A stretch of DNA of 64,000 nucleotides from NCBI GenBank assembly GCA_947302715.1, contig CAMYVY010000009.1:11648-75647 (forward strand), read 5' to 3'. The position numbers and the translations under genes were made by a program. Under the pieces are notes generated by a model that made no database searches, was not told the DNA's origin, and saw nothing but the letters and a program-made list of their open reading frames with translations. The DNA comes from an uncultured Clostridia bacterium. GTDB lineage: Bacteria; Bacillota; Clostridia; Peptostreptococcales; Anaerovoracaceae. Of this stretch, positions 8,676 through 18,613 are shown one piece after another. The first letter of the stretch is position 1. Every line of letters begins with the position of its first letter.

Positions 8676-10292
8676 ATGAAAGCGAAATGGAAGAAGATAG
8701 GGGTGTTGCTGCTTATAGCAATGATGCTCGTAAGTATTCTCGGCGCATGTAGCGGTGGCAATAATAGCACAAATGACACCGCGGGTACAGAAGCCGAAGA
8801 AACTGCTGACACAGAAGAAGCGACTGAAGAAGAGTCTGCTGAAACCGAAGAACCTACAGATGCAGCTTCAAAGGATACGATAGTTGTAGCGACATCTGCC
8901 GAACCCACGAGCCTTGACCCGCAGTTTGGTGAGGACACCACAACCCAGCGTGTGGTCATGCAGATAAGTGACACTCTTATAGGCGTTGACGAAAATATGA
9001 ACTATGTGCCCAAATTAGCTGAGTCGTGGGAAATGTCTCCGGATGGACTCACGCTCACATTCAAGCTAAGAGAAGGTGTTAAAGCTCATAATGGTGAAAC
9101 CTTAACGTCTGAAGACGTTGCTTACACAGTTGAAAGAGGTCAGGCCTCAACCTTGGTAGCAAAAGCCTTTGCTGCAATCGAGAGCGTTGAATGCCCTGAT
9201 GATTTAACTGTAGTCATGCATCTCGCATATTCCTCTCCAATTCAGCTTGCGTATCTCTCTTCACCGAGTACCGGAATCGTGAACAAAAAGGCTTGTGAGG
9301 AAATGGGAGACGAATCTTTTGGTAGAGCACCTGTTGCCTATGGTCCGTATAAGGTTGTTGGCTGGGAATCCGGTGATAAAGTGACGTTGGAAGCCCACGA
9401 AGATTATTGGAATGGCGCTCCCGCCATCAAGAATGCCGAGTTCAAGGTGTATGCTGATAGCAATACAGCCGCGATTGCACTTCAGAACGGACAGGTAGAT
9501 GTGGTTATGGACGTATCAACGGCAGACGTAAATTCACTTGAGAGTGATAGTAATGTAGCAGTATATACAGGTGACTCTCTAATTGCTTTCCATCTTCATA
9601 TGAATTGCGAAAGAACTCCATTTAGCGATCCAAAGGTGAGACAAGCTATAAACTACGCCATCAATACCCAGGATATCATCGATGCTTGCTTTGATGGAAT
9701 TGGTGCAACAATAATGGATTCATTCATTCCAAAGATGTCACTCTCTGCTGATTTTGGTGAGCGCCCGTATCAATATGATATGGAAAAGGCAAAGTCTCTA
9801 CTTGCTGAAGCTGGTTACGAAAATGGATTTGAGTGCAATATCCTTGTAACAAGTGGTGCACAGGAAAAGATGGCTCAGGTAATCCAGGCATACCTACAGC
9901 AGATAGGAATCACGTTGAAGATTGACGTTTATGAATGGGGTACACTTCTTGACATAGTTAACTCAGGGGATTATGATATGACAATTCTAAGAATTGTTGC
10001 TATGATTCCTGACCCTGATTTGAGCCTCTATACCAGATTCCAGTCAGAGCAGCCATATAACTTCTCGAAGTTCAAAGTTCCTGAACTCGACAAGATGCTG
10101 GAAGATGCTCGTTCATGTGCCGATGCCGACGAACGTACTCAAATGTACCTTGATATAAACAAGTATCTCTGGGACAATGCTCCGACAGTACCTCTTTGCT
10201 TCACAACTGTAATCAATGCTACGAATGCGTCCCTCAAGGGATATCACACAGACCCGAGAGGATTCATAAACGTATGTGAACTCAGTTGGTAA
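8676..10292 (+). CDS. ABC transporter substrate-binding lipoprotein, family 5 (Opp/Dpp/Nik type)
   Basis: Lipobox 'ILGAC', acidic linker, 'EPTSLDP', 'LAESWE.SPDGLT.TFKLREGVK.HNGE', 'GPYK'. Confidence 0.9.
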   Translation: MKAKWKKIGVLLLIAMMLVSILGACSGGNNSTNDTAGTEAEETADTEEATEEESAETEEPTDAASKDTIVVATSAEPTSLDPQFGEDTTTQRVVMQISDTLIGVDENMNYVPKLAESWEMSPDGLTLTFKLREGVKAHNGETLTSEDVAYTVERGQASTLVAKAFAAIESVECPDDLTVVMHLAYSSPIQLAYLSSPSTGIVNKKACEEMGDESFGRAPVAYGPYKVVGWESGDKVTLEAHEDYWNGAPAIKNAEFKVYADSNTAAIALQNGQVDVVMDVSTADVNSLESDSNVAVYTGDSLIAFHLHMNCERTPFSDPKVRQAINYAINTQDIIDACFDGIGATIMDSFIPKMSLSADFGERPYQYDMEKAKSLLAEAGYENGFECNILVTSGAQEKMAQVIQAYLQQIGITLKIDVYEWGTLLDIVNSGDYDMTILRIVAMIPDPDLSLYTRFQSEQPYNFSKFKVPELDKMLEDARSCADADERTQMYLDINKYLWDNAPTVPLCFTTVINATNASLKGYHTDPRGFINVCELSW

Positions 10293-10306
10293 TAGAATTA
10301 CTTAGT

Positions 10307-10347
10307 CATGCTATGCCGGTTGGTTCGCCGGCATAGCATGTTTTTTT
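10307..10347 (+). terminator. Intra-operon hairpin after the binding-protein gene
   Basis: Perfect 13-bp stem catgctatgccgg / ccggcatagcatg followed by T7. Confidence 0.75.
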
Positions 10348-10404
10348 ATCAATCAATTATTTTATGAAAAGCCTTTGGCTAACGCTTTGATAGGAAATAT
10401 TGAG

Positions 10405-11340
10405 ATGGCAAAGTATGTAGTTAAGCGAATATTATGGCTAATTCCTGTAGTCATAGGTGTCAGTCTTATCATATTCACGATAATGTATTTGAAGCCGGGC
10501 AACCCAGCTCAAATGATGCTGGGATCCGATGCTACTCAGGCAGACATCGATAAACTCACATCGGAACTTGGACTGGACAAGCCGTATTTTGTTCAATACT
10601 TTGATTACATGAAAGGACTGATACAAGGTAATCTTGGCAATTCTTGGCGAACCGGAAACAGCGTGTCTCAGGAGATTATTGCGAGATTTCCCGTGACTAT
10701 CAAATTGGCTTTTTTCTCTATTCTTCTCGTTTGTCTAATTGGAATCCCGATAGGCGTAATATCTGCGGTAAAGCAGTATTCGATTATTGATATGGTAAGT
10801 GTTGTTACGGCACTGATCTTGGCAGCTATGCCTTCGTTTTGGATAGGCCTGATGTTGATGCTTCTCTTTGCAGTGAAGTGGCCGATACTTCCCGCAACAG
10901 GGGCGGATTCCATGATTAATTATATTCTCCCATGTTTAACTCTTGCTGCTGTAAATCTGGCTGTGATAACCAGAATGACGCGGTCAACGATGCTGGAAGT
11001 TATTAGACAAGATTACGTGAGAACAGCAAAATCAAAGGGTGCCAGTCAGTCGAGAATAGTGATGAAGCACTGTCTTAAAAACGCTATGATTCCGGTTCTG
11101 ACGATTGTCGCTATTCAATTCGGGAACCTGGTTGGAGGAGCGGTTCTTGTTGAGTCGGTATTTGCAATGCCCGGTCTCGGGACGCTTCTCGTTAATGCTA
11201 TAAGAAGCAGTGACAGACCTCTGATAATGGGTTCCGTAATTGTGCTCGCCATGATTTTTACAATTTTGAACTTGCTGGTCGATTTACTCTATTCCGTAAT
11301 CGACCCAAGAATCAAGGCTCAATTCGCTAAGGGAAAGTAA
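10405..11340 (+). CDS. Oligopeptide ABC permease (OppB/DppB-like)
   Basis: 'KYVVKRIL', EAA loop 'DYVRTAKSKG'; ATG at 10405 with an RBS. Confidence 0.9.
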   Translation: MAKYVVKRILWLIPVVIGVSLIIFTIMYLKPGNPAQMMLGSDATQADIDKLTSELGLDKPYFVQYFDYMKGLIQGNLGNSWRTGNSVSQEIIARFPVTIKLAFFSILLVCLIGIPIGVISAVKQYSIIDMVSVVTALILAAMPSFWIGLMLMLLFAVKWPILPATGADSMINYILPCLTLAAVNLAVITRMTRSTMLEVIRQDYVRTAKSKGASQSRIVMKHCLKNAMIPVLTIVAIQFGNLVGGAVLVESVFAMPGLGTLLVNAIRSSDRPLIMGSVIVLAMIFTILNLLVDLLYSVIDPRIKAQFAKGK

Positions 11341-11352
11341 GGGGGTGAGAAT

Positions 11353-12261
11353 GTGGATAATGCACAAACAATGAATGCATCAGGAGATTACTCCCTTAAT
11401 GTTTCGACAAAAAAGCAAAGCAAATTCGGCATGGTATGGAAGCGCCTAATCAAGAACAAAACAGCACTTGCCGGGCTATTTATACTCACAGTAATAATAC
11501 TGTTGGCCATATTTGCAAATATGATAGGGGACTATGATGAAGTTGCTATCAAGATGGATATACCTAATAGACTTCAAGGTCCGTCAAGTGAACATATCTT
11601 AGGAACGGACCACTACGGTAGGGACGTATTTGTCAGAATTGCTCATGGGGCAAGAGTATCACTAATAATAGGGCTTGGTGCAGTGATAATATCACTCTTC
11701 TTTGGAGGAATATTTGGTGCTACTGCAGGCTTCTACGGTGGTAGATATGACAATATCGTTATGAGATTCATGGATATCGTGATTGCGATTCCATCAACGA
11801 TTCTTGCTTTGGCAGTTGTAGCTGCACTTGGAAGTGGTATAGTGAATCTCATGATAGCGATTGCTGTTGCTGATATTCCTAAATATGCACGAGTAGTCAG
11901 GTCCTCAGTTCTCACGATAAGAAATGCGGATTATATTGAATCAACGACAGCGGTGGGAGCAAGTGTAGCAAGAATACTCCTTAAACACATTATTCCCAAC
12001 GTAATGGGACCGATAATCGTTCAGTGCACTCTGGGAATTGGGAGCTCTATTCTAAATGCAGCGGGGCTTAGCTATATCGGATTGGGAGTTCAAGCACCGC
12101 GTCCCGAATGGGGTAATATGCTTTCCGAGGCAAGAGAGTATATCCAAGCCGCACCACATCTCATAATAGCACCTGGTATATTCCTTGCGCTGACCGTACT
12201 TGCAATGAATCTTCTTGGCGACGGGTTAAGAGATGCCCTTGATCCAAGGCTGAAGGACTAA
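11353..12261 (+). CDS. Oligopeptide ABC permease (OppC/DppC-like)
   Basis: 'HILGTDHYGRDVF', 'LSYIGLG..P.PEWG', 'GDGLRDALDP'. Confidence 0.9.
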   Translation: MDNAQTMNASGDYSLNVSTKKQSKFGMVWKRLIKNKTALAGLFILTVIILLAIFANMIGDYDEVAIKMDIPNRLQGPSSEHILGTDHYGRDVFVRIAHGARVSLIIGLGAVIISLFFGGIFGATAGFYGGRYDNIVMRFMDIVIAIPSTILALAVVAALGSGIVNLMIAIAVADIPKYARVVRSSVLTIRNADYIESTTAVGASVARILLKHIIPNVMGPIIVQCTLGIGSSILNAAGLSYIGLGVQAPRPEWGNMLSEAREYIQAAPHLIIAPGIFLALTVLAMNLLGDGLRDALDPRLKD

Positions 12262-12284
12262 ATGGATGGTTGGGAGCAAAGCAA

Positions 12285-13322
12285 ATGAAAGAGATTCTTA
12301 ATGTAAAAGATTTATATGTTACATACAAAGGTGATGGCAACAAAGTCCACGCGGTGAATGGGCTTAGCTTTTCCGTGGATGAAGGTGGCTGCTTGGGATT
12401 GGTCGGAGAAACTGGTGCAGGCAAGACAACTGTCGCTCTATCCATAATGGGACTGCTTCCGAACAGAACCGCCAAGGTAGAATCGGGAGAAATAGTTTTT
12501 GATGGAAACAATCTCTTGGAATTAAAAGAAAAAGAGATGCAGAAAATCCGAGGCGGTAAAATATCCATGATATTTCAGGATCCGATGACAAGCCTAAATC
12601 CTGTTCTCCCGGTAGGAGAGCAGATTTTGGAAGGACTTCAGCTTCACAACGAAAATCAAGAATCGACGGAGACCCTGGTTAAGAGGGCACACGACATGCT
12701 TGAACTCGTTGGTATTCCGTCAAGTCGATATGAAGAATATCCCCATCAGTTTTCCGGAGGAATGAAACAGAGGGTTGTTATTGCAATGGCATTGGCGTGC
12801 AATCCGGATCTTTTGATTGCGGATGAACCAACGACAGCACTCGATGTTACCATTCAAGCGCAGGTTTTGGATATGATCCGGGATTTAAGAGAACGGCTTA
12901 ATATGACGCTCATTATGATAACTCATGACCTCGGAATAGTTGCCGAAAATTGCGATACAGTTGGTACTGTTTATGCGGGTGAGATTATTGAATATGGAAC
13001 GGTTGAAGATATCTTTGATTCTGATGATCATCATCCATATACTGAGGGGCTCTTTGCAGCGCTTCCCAATATTACAAGGGATGAAAAGAGACTAAAATCC
13101 ATACCGGGACTTATGCCGGACCCGACAGCGCTTCCTTCAGGTTGCAGCTTTAATCCCAGATGCAGCATGTGTATGGATATATGTAAGAGCGAAGAACCTA
13201 AGATAGTCAAGCTCAATGACTCCCACTACATAAAATGTCATTTGTTCTCGGATAGAACTTTAAATAGTGAAATCAGCGAGGGTGAACAAAGTGATTTACC
13301 AAGCGAGGAGGCTGCAATATGA
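12285..13322 (+). CDS. Oligopeptide ABC ATP-binding protein (OppD-like)
   Basis: Walker A GETGAGKT, '[12 protein letters not shown]', 'DEPTTALD', Cys-rich C-terminus. Confidence 0.9.
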   Translation: MKEILNVKDLYVTYKGDGNKVHAVNGLSFSVDEGGCLGLVGETGAGKTTVALSIMGLLPNRTAKVESGEIVFDGNNLLELKEKEMQKIRGGKISMIFQDPMTSLNPVLPVGEQILEGLQLHNENQESTETLVKRAHDMLELVGIPSSRYEEYPHQFSGGMKQRVVIAMALACNPDLLIADEPTTALDVTIQAQVLDMIRDLRERLNMTLIMITHDLGIVAENCDTVGTVYAGEIIEYGTVEDIFDSDDHHPYTEGLFAALPNITRDEKRLKSIPGLMPDPTALPSGCSFNPRCSMCMDICKSEEPKIVKLNDSHYIKCHLFSDRTLNSEISEGEQSDLPSEEAAI

Positions 13323-14296
13323 GAGAGGTTTTGTTGGAGACAAGGGATCTCAGAAAATTTTTCAATACACCGGGCGGACTCCTGCACGCCGTTGACGACG
13401 TTAGTCTAAAGTTCTATAAAGGTGAGACCTTGGGCGTAGTAGGTGAATCCGGATGCGGTAAAAGCACGCTCGGAAGGACCATCCTGAAATTAATCGAACC
13501 GACATCAGGTGAAATAATCTATAATGGAGTAGACATAGCGAAGAGCAGTAAGTCGGAAACCAAGAGACTGAGAAGAGAACTACAAATGATATTCCAGGAC
13601 CCTTATGCGTCTCTTGACCCGAGAATGACAGTGAGTGAAATAATCGCTGAACCAATTATTATTCATGGGCTTTTAAAAAATAAAAGTGACATTGATGCTC
13701 GTGTTAGAGAATTGATGGATACTGTTGGACTTGCTGCGCGTTTAACAAATTCATATCCACATGAACTTGATGGCGGACGCAGGCAAAGAATTGGCATTGC
13801 AAAGGCTTTGTCGCTGGAACCCAATTTCATAGTCTGCGATGAACCCGTAAGTGCACTAGATGTTTCAATCCAGGCGCAGATTCTAAACCTCATGTTGGAC
13901 CTTCAGGAAGAACTTGGACTTACATATATGTTCGTAACGCATGACTTGTCCGTAGTAAAAATGATTAGCAATGAGATTGCTGTTATGTACTTGGGAAAAT
14001 GTGTTGAGAAAGCACCAAGTCAGGAACTCTTTAAAAATCCAAAGCACCCGTATACCCAAGCACTTCTTTCCGCCATTCCAATTCCAAGCCTGGAGTTTAG
14101 AGGAAAAAAGAGAGAGTTTCTAAAGGGTGAGGTTGTGAGTCCAATTAATCCCGCGCCCGGATGCCGTTTCGCTGCAAGGTGCAAATATAAAACTGACGAA
14201 TGTACTCGTGAGGAAATCAGTCTGGAGGATGTAAACGACGATCATCAAGTAGCTTGTATGAGATGGAAGGAACTTGATTTGGAGGTTAATGCATGA
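13319..14296 (+). CDS. Oligopeptide ABC ATP-binding protein (OppF-like)
   Basis: GESGCGKS, '[13 protein letters not shown]', 'DEPVSALD', '[12 protein letters not shown]'. Confidence 0.9.
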   Translation: MREVLLETRDLRKFFNTPGGLLHAVDDVSLKFYKGETLGVVGESGCGKSTLGRTILKLIEPTSGEIIYNGVDIAKSSKSETKRLRRELQMIFQDPYASLDPRMTVSEIIAEPIIIHGLLKNKSDIDARVRELMDTVGLAARLTNSYPHELDGGRRQRIGIAKALSLEPNFIVCDEPVSALDVSIQAQILNLMLDLQEELGLTYMFVTHDLSVVKMISNEIAVMYLGKCVEKAPSQELFKNPKHPYTQALLSAIPIPSLEFRGKKREFLKGEVVSPINPAPGCRFAARCKYKTDECTREEISLEDVNDDHQVACMRWKELDLEVNA

Positions 14297-15546
14297 GTAG
14301 ACTAATTCTTCGCTGCGGCAAAATGTATGATGGAATAAATGACGACATAATCGAAAACGTGGATATACTAATCGAATCCGAGCGTATAGCAAAGGTCGGA
14401 CAAAATTTAAGTGAGGAATCGTCAGTAACTGTTAAGGACCTTTCGGATTTGACGGTTACTCCGGGTATGATTGATGCTCATGTCCATTTCAATACGTTTG
14501 AATGGGAGAAGAGAAATCATGAGATGCTCTACTGCTCACCGGCATGGCATGGAATGGCTGTTTTGTTTAACGCCGAGAGAGCCTTGAGAAGAGGTTTTAC
14601 TTCAATTCGGGTTTGCGGATCTCATGTCTATGATGCCTATTCTTCAATTGATGCAAAGAAGTTAATTGGACAGGGGTATTTCCCCGGTTCTGATTTGGTG
14701 ATTGCGCCATTTTATACAGGAGCAGTTGGAGGCATGGCGGATGCATCAAGAAATGTTTCCGGTAATCCCAAACTGGCAAAATCTCTTGCAGATTCATATC
14801 CCGGAATCGGAGAAGGAAGAGACTTTTTCATTTCATCAGTCAGAGAACAAGCAAAGATGGGCGGTGATTTTATCAAAGTCATGGCCAACGGTGGGTTTAT
14901 GAGTGTCACCGGAGGTCCCGAGGATGTGCAGCTCTCCGATGAGGAATATGAAGCTATTATTACCACTGCACATCAGATAGGAATTCCTGTAACTGCACAT
15001 ACATATTGTGACGATACTATTAGGCTGCTTGTGAACCTTGGTATTGACGGTATTGAACATGGATCCCTGATAAAACCGGAGACAGCATCCTTGATGGAGG
15101 AAAAGGGGACATATCTTGTTCCCACTATGATGCAATATGATGATATAGTTAATATGGATGAGGAGAGCTTGAGCAAACGTGAACCAAAGGAGTTCAGAGA
15201 CAAGCTTAGATCATACGGTCAAAGAATCACTGAGGGAAGGGAAGTAATCAAGAGCAGCAAAATCAAGCTTGGTTATGGTTCTGACATTTGTGATCAATAT
15301 CCATGTTATGAATGTGGAAGGGAATACAAATCTTGGCTTAATAGTGGGTTTGATCCTTTTAGGGCTTTAAGAGCAGCGACCTCGAGCAATGCGGATATTC
15401 TTGGATTGAAAGAAGTTGGAAGAATTGCTCCCGGATGCAGAGCAAATATATCTGCATGGAGTAGAGATGTTTTGGTGGACCCTGAGGCTCTAATGAAATG
15501 CGATTTTGTAATGAAGGATGGGGTTGAATACCGGACAGAAGAATAG
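14293..15546 (+). CDS. Metal-dependent amidohydrolase (prolidase/carboxypeptidase-like subgroup)
   Basis: 'PGMIDAHVH' (HxH), 'DFIKVMANGG', 'AHTY', 'IEHG', 'YGSD', 'GRIAPG..A'. Confidence 0.85.
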   Translation: MSRLILRCGKMYDGINDDIIENVDILIESERIAKVGQNLSEESSVTVKDLSDLTVTPGMIDAHVHFNTFEWEKRNHEMLYCSPAWHGMAVLFNAERALRRGFTSIRVCGSHVYDAYSSIDAKKLIGQGYFPGSDLVIAPFYTGAVGGMADASRNVSGNPKLAKSLADSYPGIGEGRDFFISSVREQAKMGGDFIKVMANGGFMSVTGGPEDVQLSDEEYEAIITTAHQIGIPVTAHTYCDDTIRLLVNLGIDGIEHGSLIKPETASLMEEKGTYLVPTMMQYDDIVNMDEESLSKREPKEFRDKLRSYGQRITEGREVIKSSKIKLGYGSDICDQYPCYECGREYKSWLNSGFDPFRALRAATSSNADILGLKEVGRIAPGCRANISAWSRDVLVDPEALMKCDFVMKDGVEYRTEE

Positions 15547-15581
15547 TTTTAATTATTGGCGTAACAAGCGTGGAGATTAAA

Positions 15582-16751
15582 ATGGATGATGTTTTAAGAA
15601 GAGAGTTTGAAGAACGTACACTTAATACTCGATTGGAGGCAGCCAATAGGGGTTATTCATGTTTAATAGTTTTTTCCCTTGCTCCAAGAAGAATTGGTGA
15701 TTTGATGTATCTGATTGGGCACCAGCCCATGATGCCGGGACATCCGAGAAGATTCAATTTCAGAGGTCGGGGATATTCCGCTCTCATTCTTCCAATCAAG
15801 GAAGAGCCTTGCCTTATTACCAGCACTCCGTTTTATGAGGATGATCTGTTTGTATCGGATATTATTTATGATGACAATGTAATGGAGGCAATCGGGAGAG
15901 CAATGACTCGATATGGTTTGGATAAAAGCGATATCGGTATAGTTGGAATGGATATACTTGCAGTCCAGCTATATTGGGACTTAATCGGAGAGCTTCCACA
16001 AGCAAGATTCCACGGGGCTGATGATTTGGTTATGAACTTACGTGCAGCGAAGAGACCGTATGAGATTGAAATGCTTAGAAAGGGTGCCTTCATAGCTGAC
16101 GAAGTTTCAGATTTGCTTCGCGATTATCTTCGTCCGGGATTGACTGAAAAAGAGGTGTACAATTTTATCACTTCGGAGCTCACAAAGAGAGATGTGACAA
16201 ATGCTTTTGCTACATGTCAGTCCGGATACAGATCTGAGACTGCGTATGACTTGATACCTGCATCGGACAAAGTGATTGAAGATGGCGACATGATTCATAT
16301 GGAGATAAACGGAAAATACCGTGGCTATATGATTGATGTTTGTCGTTCCACTGTTGTGGGAACTGCAAGTGAGAGGCAGATAGAAGTGTTGGAAACAGCT
16401 CTTGAGATGTTTGATAAATCTGTTGCCGCAATGAAACCGGGCGTCATTTCGGAAGATTTGGAGAAGATAACCGGAGAAATTGCTATAGCTAAAGGGTTTA
16501 CTGCGAACCATACAAAATCGTACGGAGGTCCGGCGACATATCTGGGACATGCAATTGGACTGGGAACAGACGAACCACCGGTTGTTGCGAAATATGACTT
16601 AACACCTCTTGTTCCCGGTATGGTTATCACTATTGAACCCGGACTATATAAAACGGGAGTAGGTGGTTGCAGAATTGAGGACGAAATCTTGGTTACGCCG
16701 GATGGATATGAGAATTTGAACCATTCGGATCATGCTTGGTGGAGGAAATAA
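15582..16751 (+). CDS. M24 family peptidase (Xaa-Pro peptidase/creatinase fold)
   Basis: Creatinase-like N-domain; 'GY..D..R', 'GHAIGLG', 'GMVITIEPG.Y', 'RIEDE.LVT.DG'. Confidence 0.85.
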   Translation: MDDVLRREFEERTLNTRLEAANRGYSCLIVFSLAPRRIGDLMYLIGHQPMMPGHPRRFNFRGRGYSALILPIKEEPCLITSTPFYEDDLFVSDIIYDDNVMEAIGRAMTRYGLDKSDIGIVGMDILAVQLYWDLIGELPQARFHGADDLVMNLRAAKRPYEIEMLRKGAFIADEVSDLLRDYLRPGLTEKEVYNFITSELTKRDVTNAFATCQSGYRSETAYDLIPASDKVIEDGDMIHMEINGKYRGYMIDVCRSTVVGTASERQIEVLETALEMFDKSVAAMKPGVISEDLEKITGEIAIAKGFTANHTKSYGGPATYLGHAIGLGTDEPPVVAKYDLTPLVPGMVITIEPGLYKTGVGGCRIEDEILVTPDGYENLNHSDHAWWRK

Positions 16752-16753
16752 TA

Positions 16754-17248
16754 ATGGCTCAGGTAAAGACTATAGGTGAAGCAGTGAGGAATATGTCCGT
16801 TCACATGGCCAATATGTACTATTACATGACCAAGGCAGTCATAGAAGATTTTGGTGATGAAGCTAAGAAATCTTTCGAGCGAGCTATCGTTGAATTTGGT
16901 CATGCCAGAGGTAGGGCAATCAGGGAGAAGGTTTTGGCCGATGGTGAGCCGCTTACTATAGAGAATCTTGATAAATACTATGACATACCAATAGCGGAAG
17001 GATGGGATGTACATAGAGAATATGCAGAAGATCATAAAGATAATATTACCGACAGTTGCACCTTTGCTGATGTTTGGATGGATAAGGATTGGGCGGAAGT
17101 AGGACATATTTACTGCTTGGTTGATATAGCTATACGCGAAGGATACAGCGACAATGTTGAATTCAGACCTGTAAAAAATATTTTGATGGGAGATGACTTC
17201 TGTCAATCCCTTACGGTGTATAAGGATATGAATAAAAAGGGTGAGTAG
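16754..17248 (+). CDS. L-2-amino-thiazoline-4-carboxylate-hydrolase-like small protein
   Basis: 'AIVEFG..RG', 'CTFADVW', 'YCLVDIA', 'NILMGDDFC' pattern; GGAGGA RBS at 16741. Confidence 0.65.
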   Translation: MAQVKTIGEAVRNMSVHMANMYYYMTKAVIEDFGDEAKKSFERAIVEFGHARGRAIREKVLADGEPLTIENLDKYYDIPIAEGWDVHREYAEDHKDNITDSCTFADVWMDKDWAEVGHIYCLVDIAIREGYSDNVEFRPVKNILMGDDFCQSLTVYKDMNKKGE

Positions 17249-17260
17249 TTTTTTGACTAA

Positions 17261-18514
17261 GTGTCTAATTTGGTATCGGATTTGGTCTCTATGACTATAA
17301 TGGATGAAAAGTATAAAAAGTATTATAAAAATCTTCTTCGACGTCTTATTTCATTTCCAAGTGTATCCGGAAATGAAGTTGAATGTGCCAAGTATCTTGA
17401 AGGCTTCCTTCGTGATGAACTTGGAATGAATTCCAAATCAAGACAGGTTGAAAAGAACAGCTGGAATGTATATGGAAGCTATGTGGAGGAGAAACTAACT
17501 GAGTCCAGATCGGATGGTTCAGTGAGTTTGAAGCACCTGATTCTTGGAGGACATATCGATGTAGTTCCTCCCGGAGATGGTTGGGATACCAACCCATTTG
17601 AACTCACAATCAAGGATGGCAAGGCCTATGGTCGCGGAACCTATGATATGAAGGGTGGCCTTGCAGCACAGATAACAGCACTCAAGATTCTGAAGGATGA
17701 GGGGATTATCCCAAATGGGAGAATCAGCCTGATTGGCGTATGTGATGAAGAGCGATTGTCAATCGGTGCAAACGCATTCGTGAAAGACGTGCAAGCAGGC
17801 ATTCTGGATGGATATCCAAGCATACACTCAAACGATAATTCTTTTTTTATCATGGCAGAACCGCATTTTGATAATATAGTGATTGGAGCTACAGGAAAGG
17901 TTTTGCTGGAATTAAAGGTGAAAGGTATTTCCGGTCACGCTGCCGAACCTGAAAGCGGAATTAATGCGATTGATTGCATGAGTGAATTTGTGTCTTTGAT
18001 AGGCAAGAAATTTGGCGCAGACTATCTTGATGGTAAAATTGGTTCACACTGCTTCCTGAAAATCGAGAGCAAGTACGAAGGATATAGCTTAAACATTCCC
18101 GATGAATGCACTGCTTTGCTAAACAAGCAGCTTGACTCTGATGGTGCATCAAACGAGGATGCAGATGAATTCATTAAGGAACTATATGAATTATATAATG
18201 AAGAAATAAAGAGAGGGGAACTGATAATTGAAAAACGTCTCCCATATTATCCGTCATATTCTATAGATAAAAACAATAAAAATCTTCTTCTTCTTTTTAA
18301 TACTATAAAACGTAGGAAGTCTAATCTGCCGGAACTTCGAGTGAATAGAGGCGTGAGCGATGCCAATGTCGTTTTTTCGATGCTTGGTATTCCGACGATT
18401 CTATTCGGCCCGGGAGGGGCAGATCTTCACAAACCCAATGAACACCTTGATCTAAATTCTGCTTACGAATATATAGGTATAATACACGACTATATATTGG
18501 AATTCTTTGATTAG
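17261..18514 (+). CDS. M20 family metallopeptidase (ArgE/DapE-like)
   Basis: 'GHIDVV', 'YGRGTYDMKGG', 'DEE', 'EP', 'GHAA.P..GINAI', 'HKPNE'. Confidence 0.88.
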   Translation: MSNLVSDLVSMTIMDEKYKKYYKNLLRRLISFPSVSGNEVECAKYLEGFLRDELGMNSKSRQVEKNSWNVYGSYVEEKLTESRSDGSVSLKHLILGGHIDVVPPGDGWDTNPFELTIKDGKAYGRGTYDMKGGLAAQITALKILKDEGIIPNGRISLIGVCDEERLSIGANAFVKDVQAGILDGYPSIHSNDNSFFIMAEPHFDNIVIGATGKVLLELKVKGISGHAAEPESGINAIDCMSEFVSLIGKKFGADYLDGKIGSHCFLKIESKYEGYSLNIPDECTALLNKQLDSDGASNEDADEFIKELYELYNEEIKRGELIIEKRLPYYPSYSIDKNNKNLLLLFNTIKRRKSNLPELRVNRGVSDANVVFSMLGIPTILFGPGGADLHKPNEHLDLNSAYEYIGIIHDYILEFFD

Positions 18515-18544
18515 CTGGTAGTGTTTTGGATTGCACCCAGCTAA
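18510..18544 (+). terminator. Hairpin ending the hydrolase operon
   Basis: Inverted repeat ttagctgg / ccagctaa; no U-tract. Confidence 0.4.
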
Positions 18545-18613
18545 CTTGACATACATAATCCGTTATGATAATGTTTACTCGGGGTAAATTGAGTCGGAAA
18601 GGACCGAGTAAAA

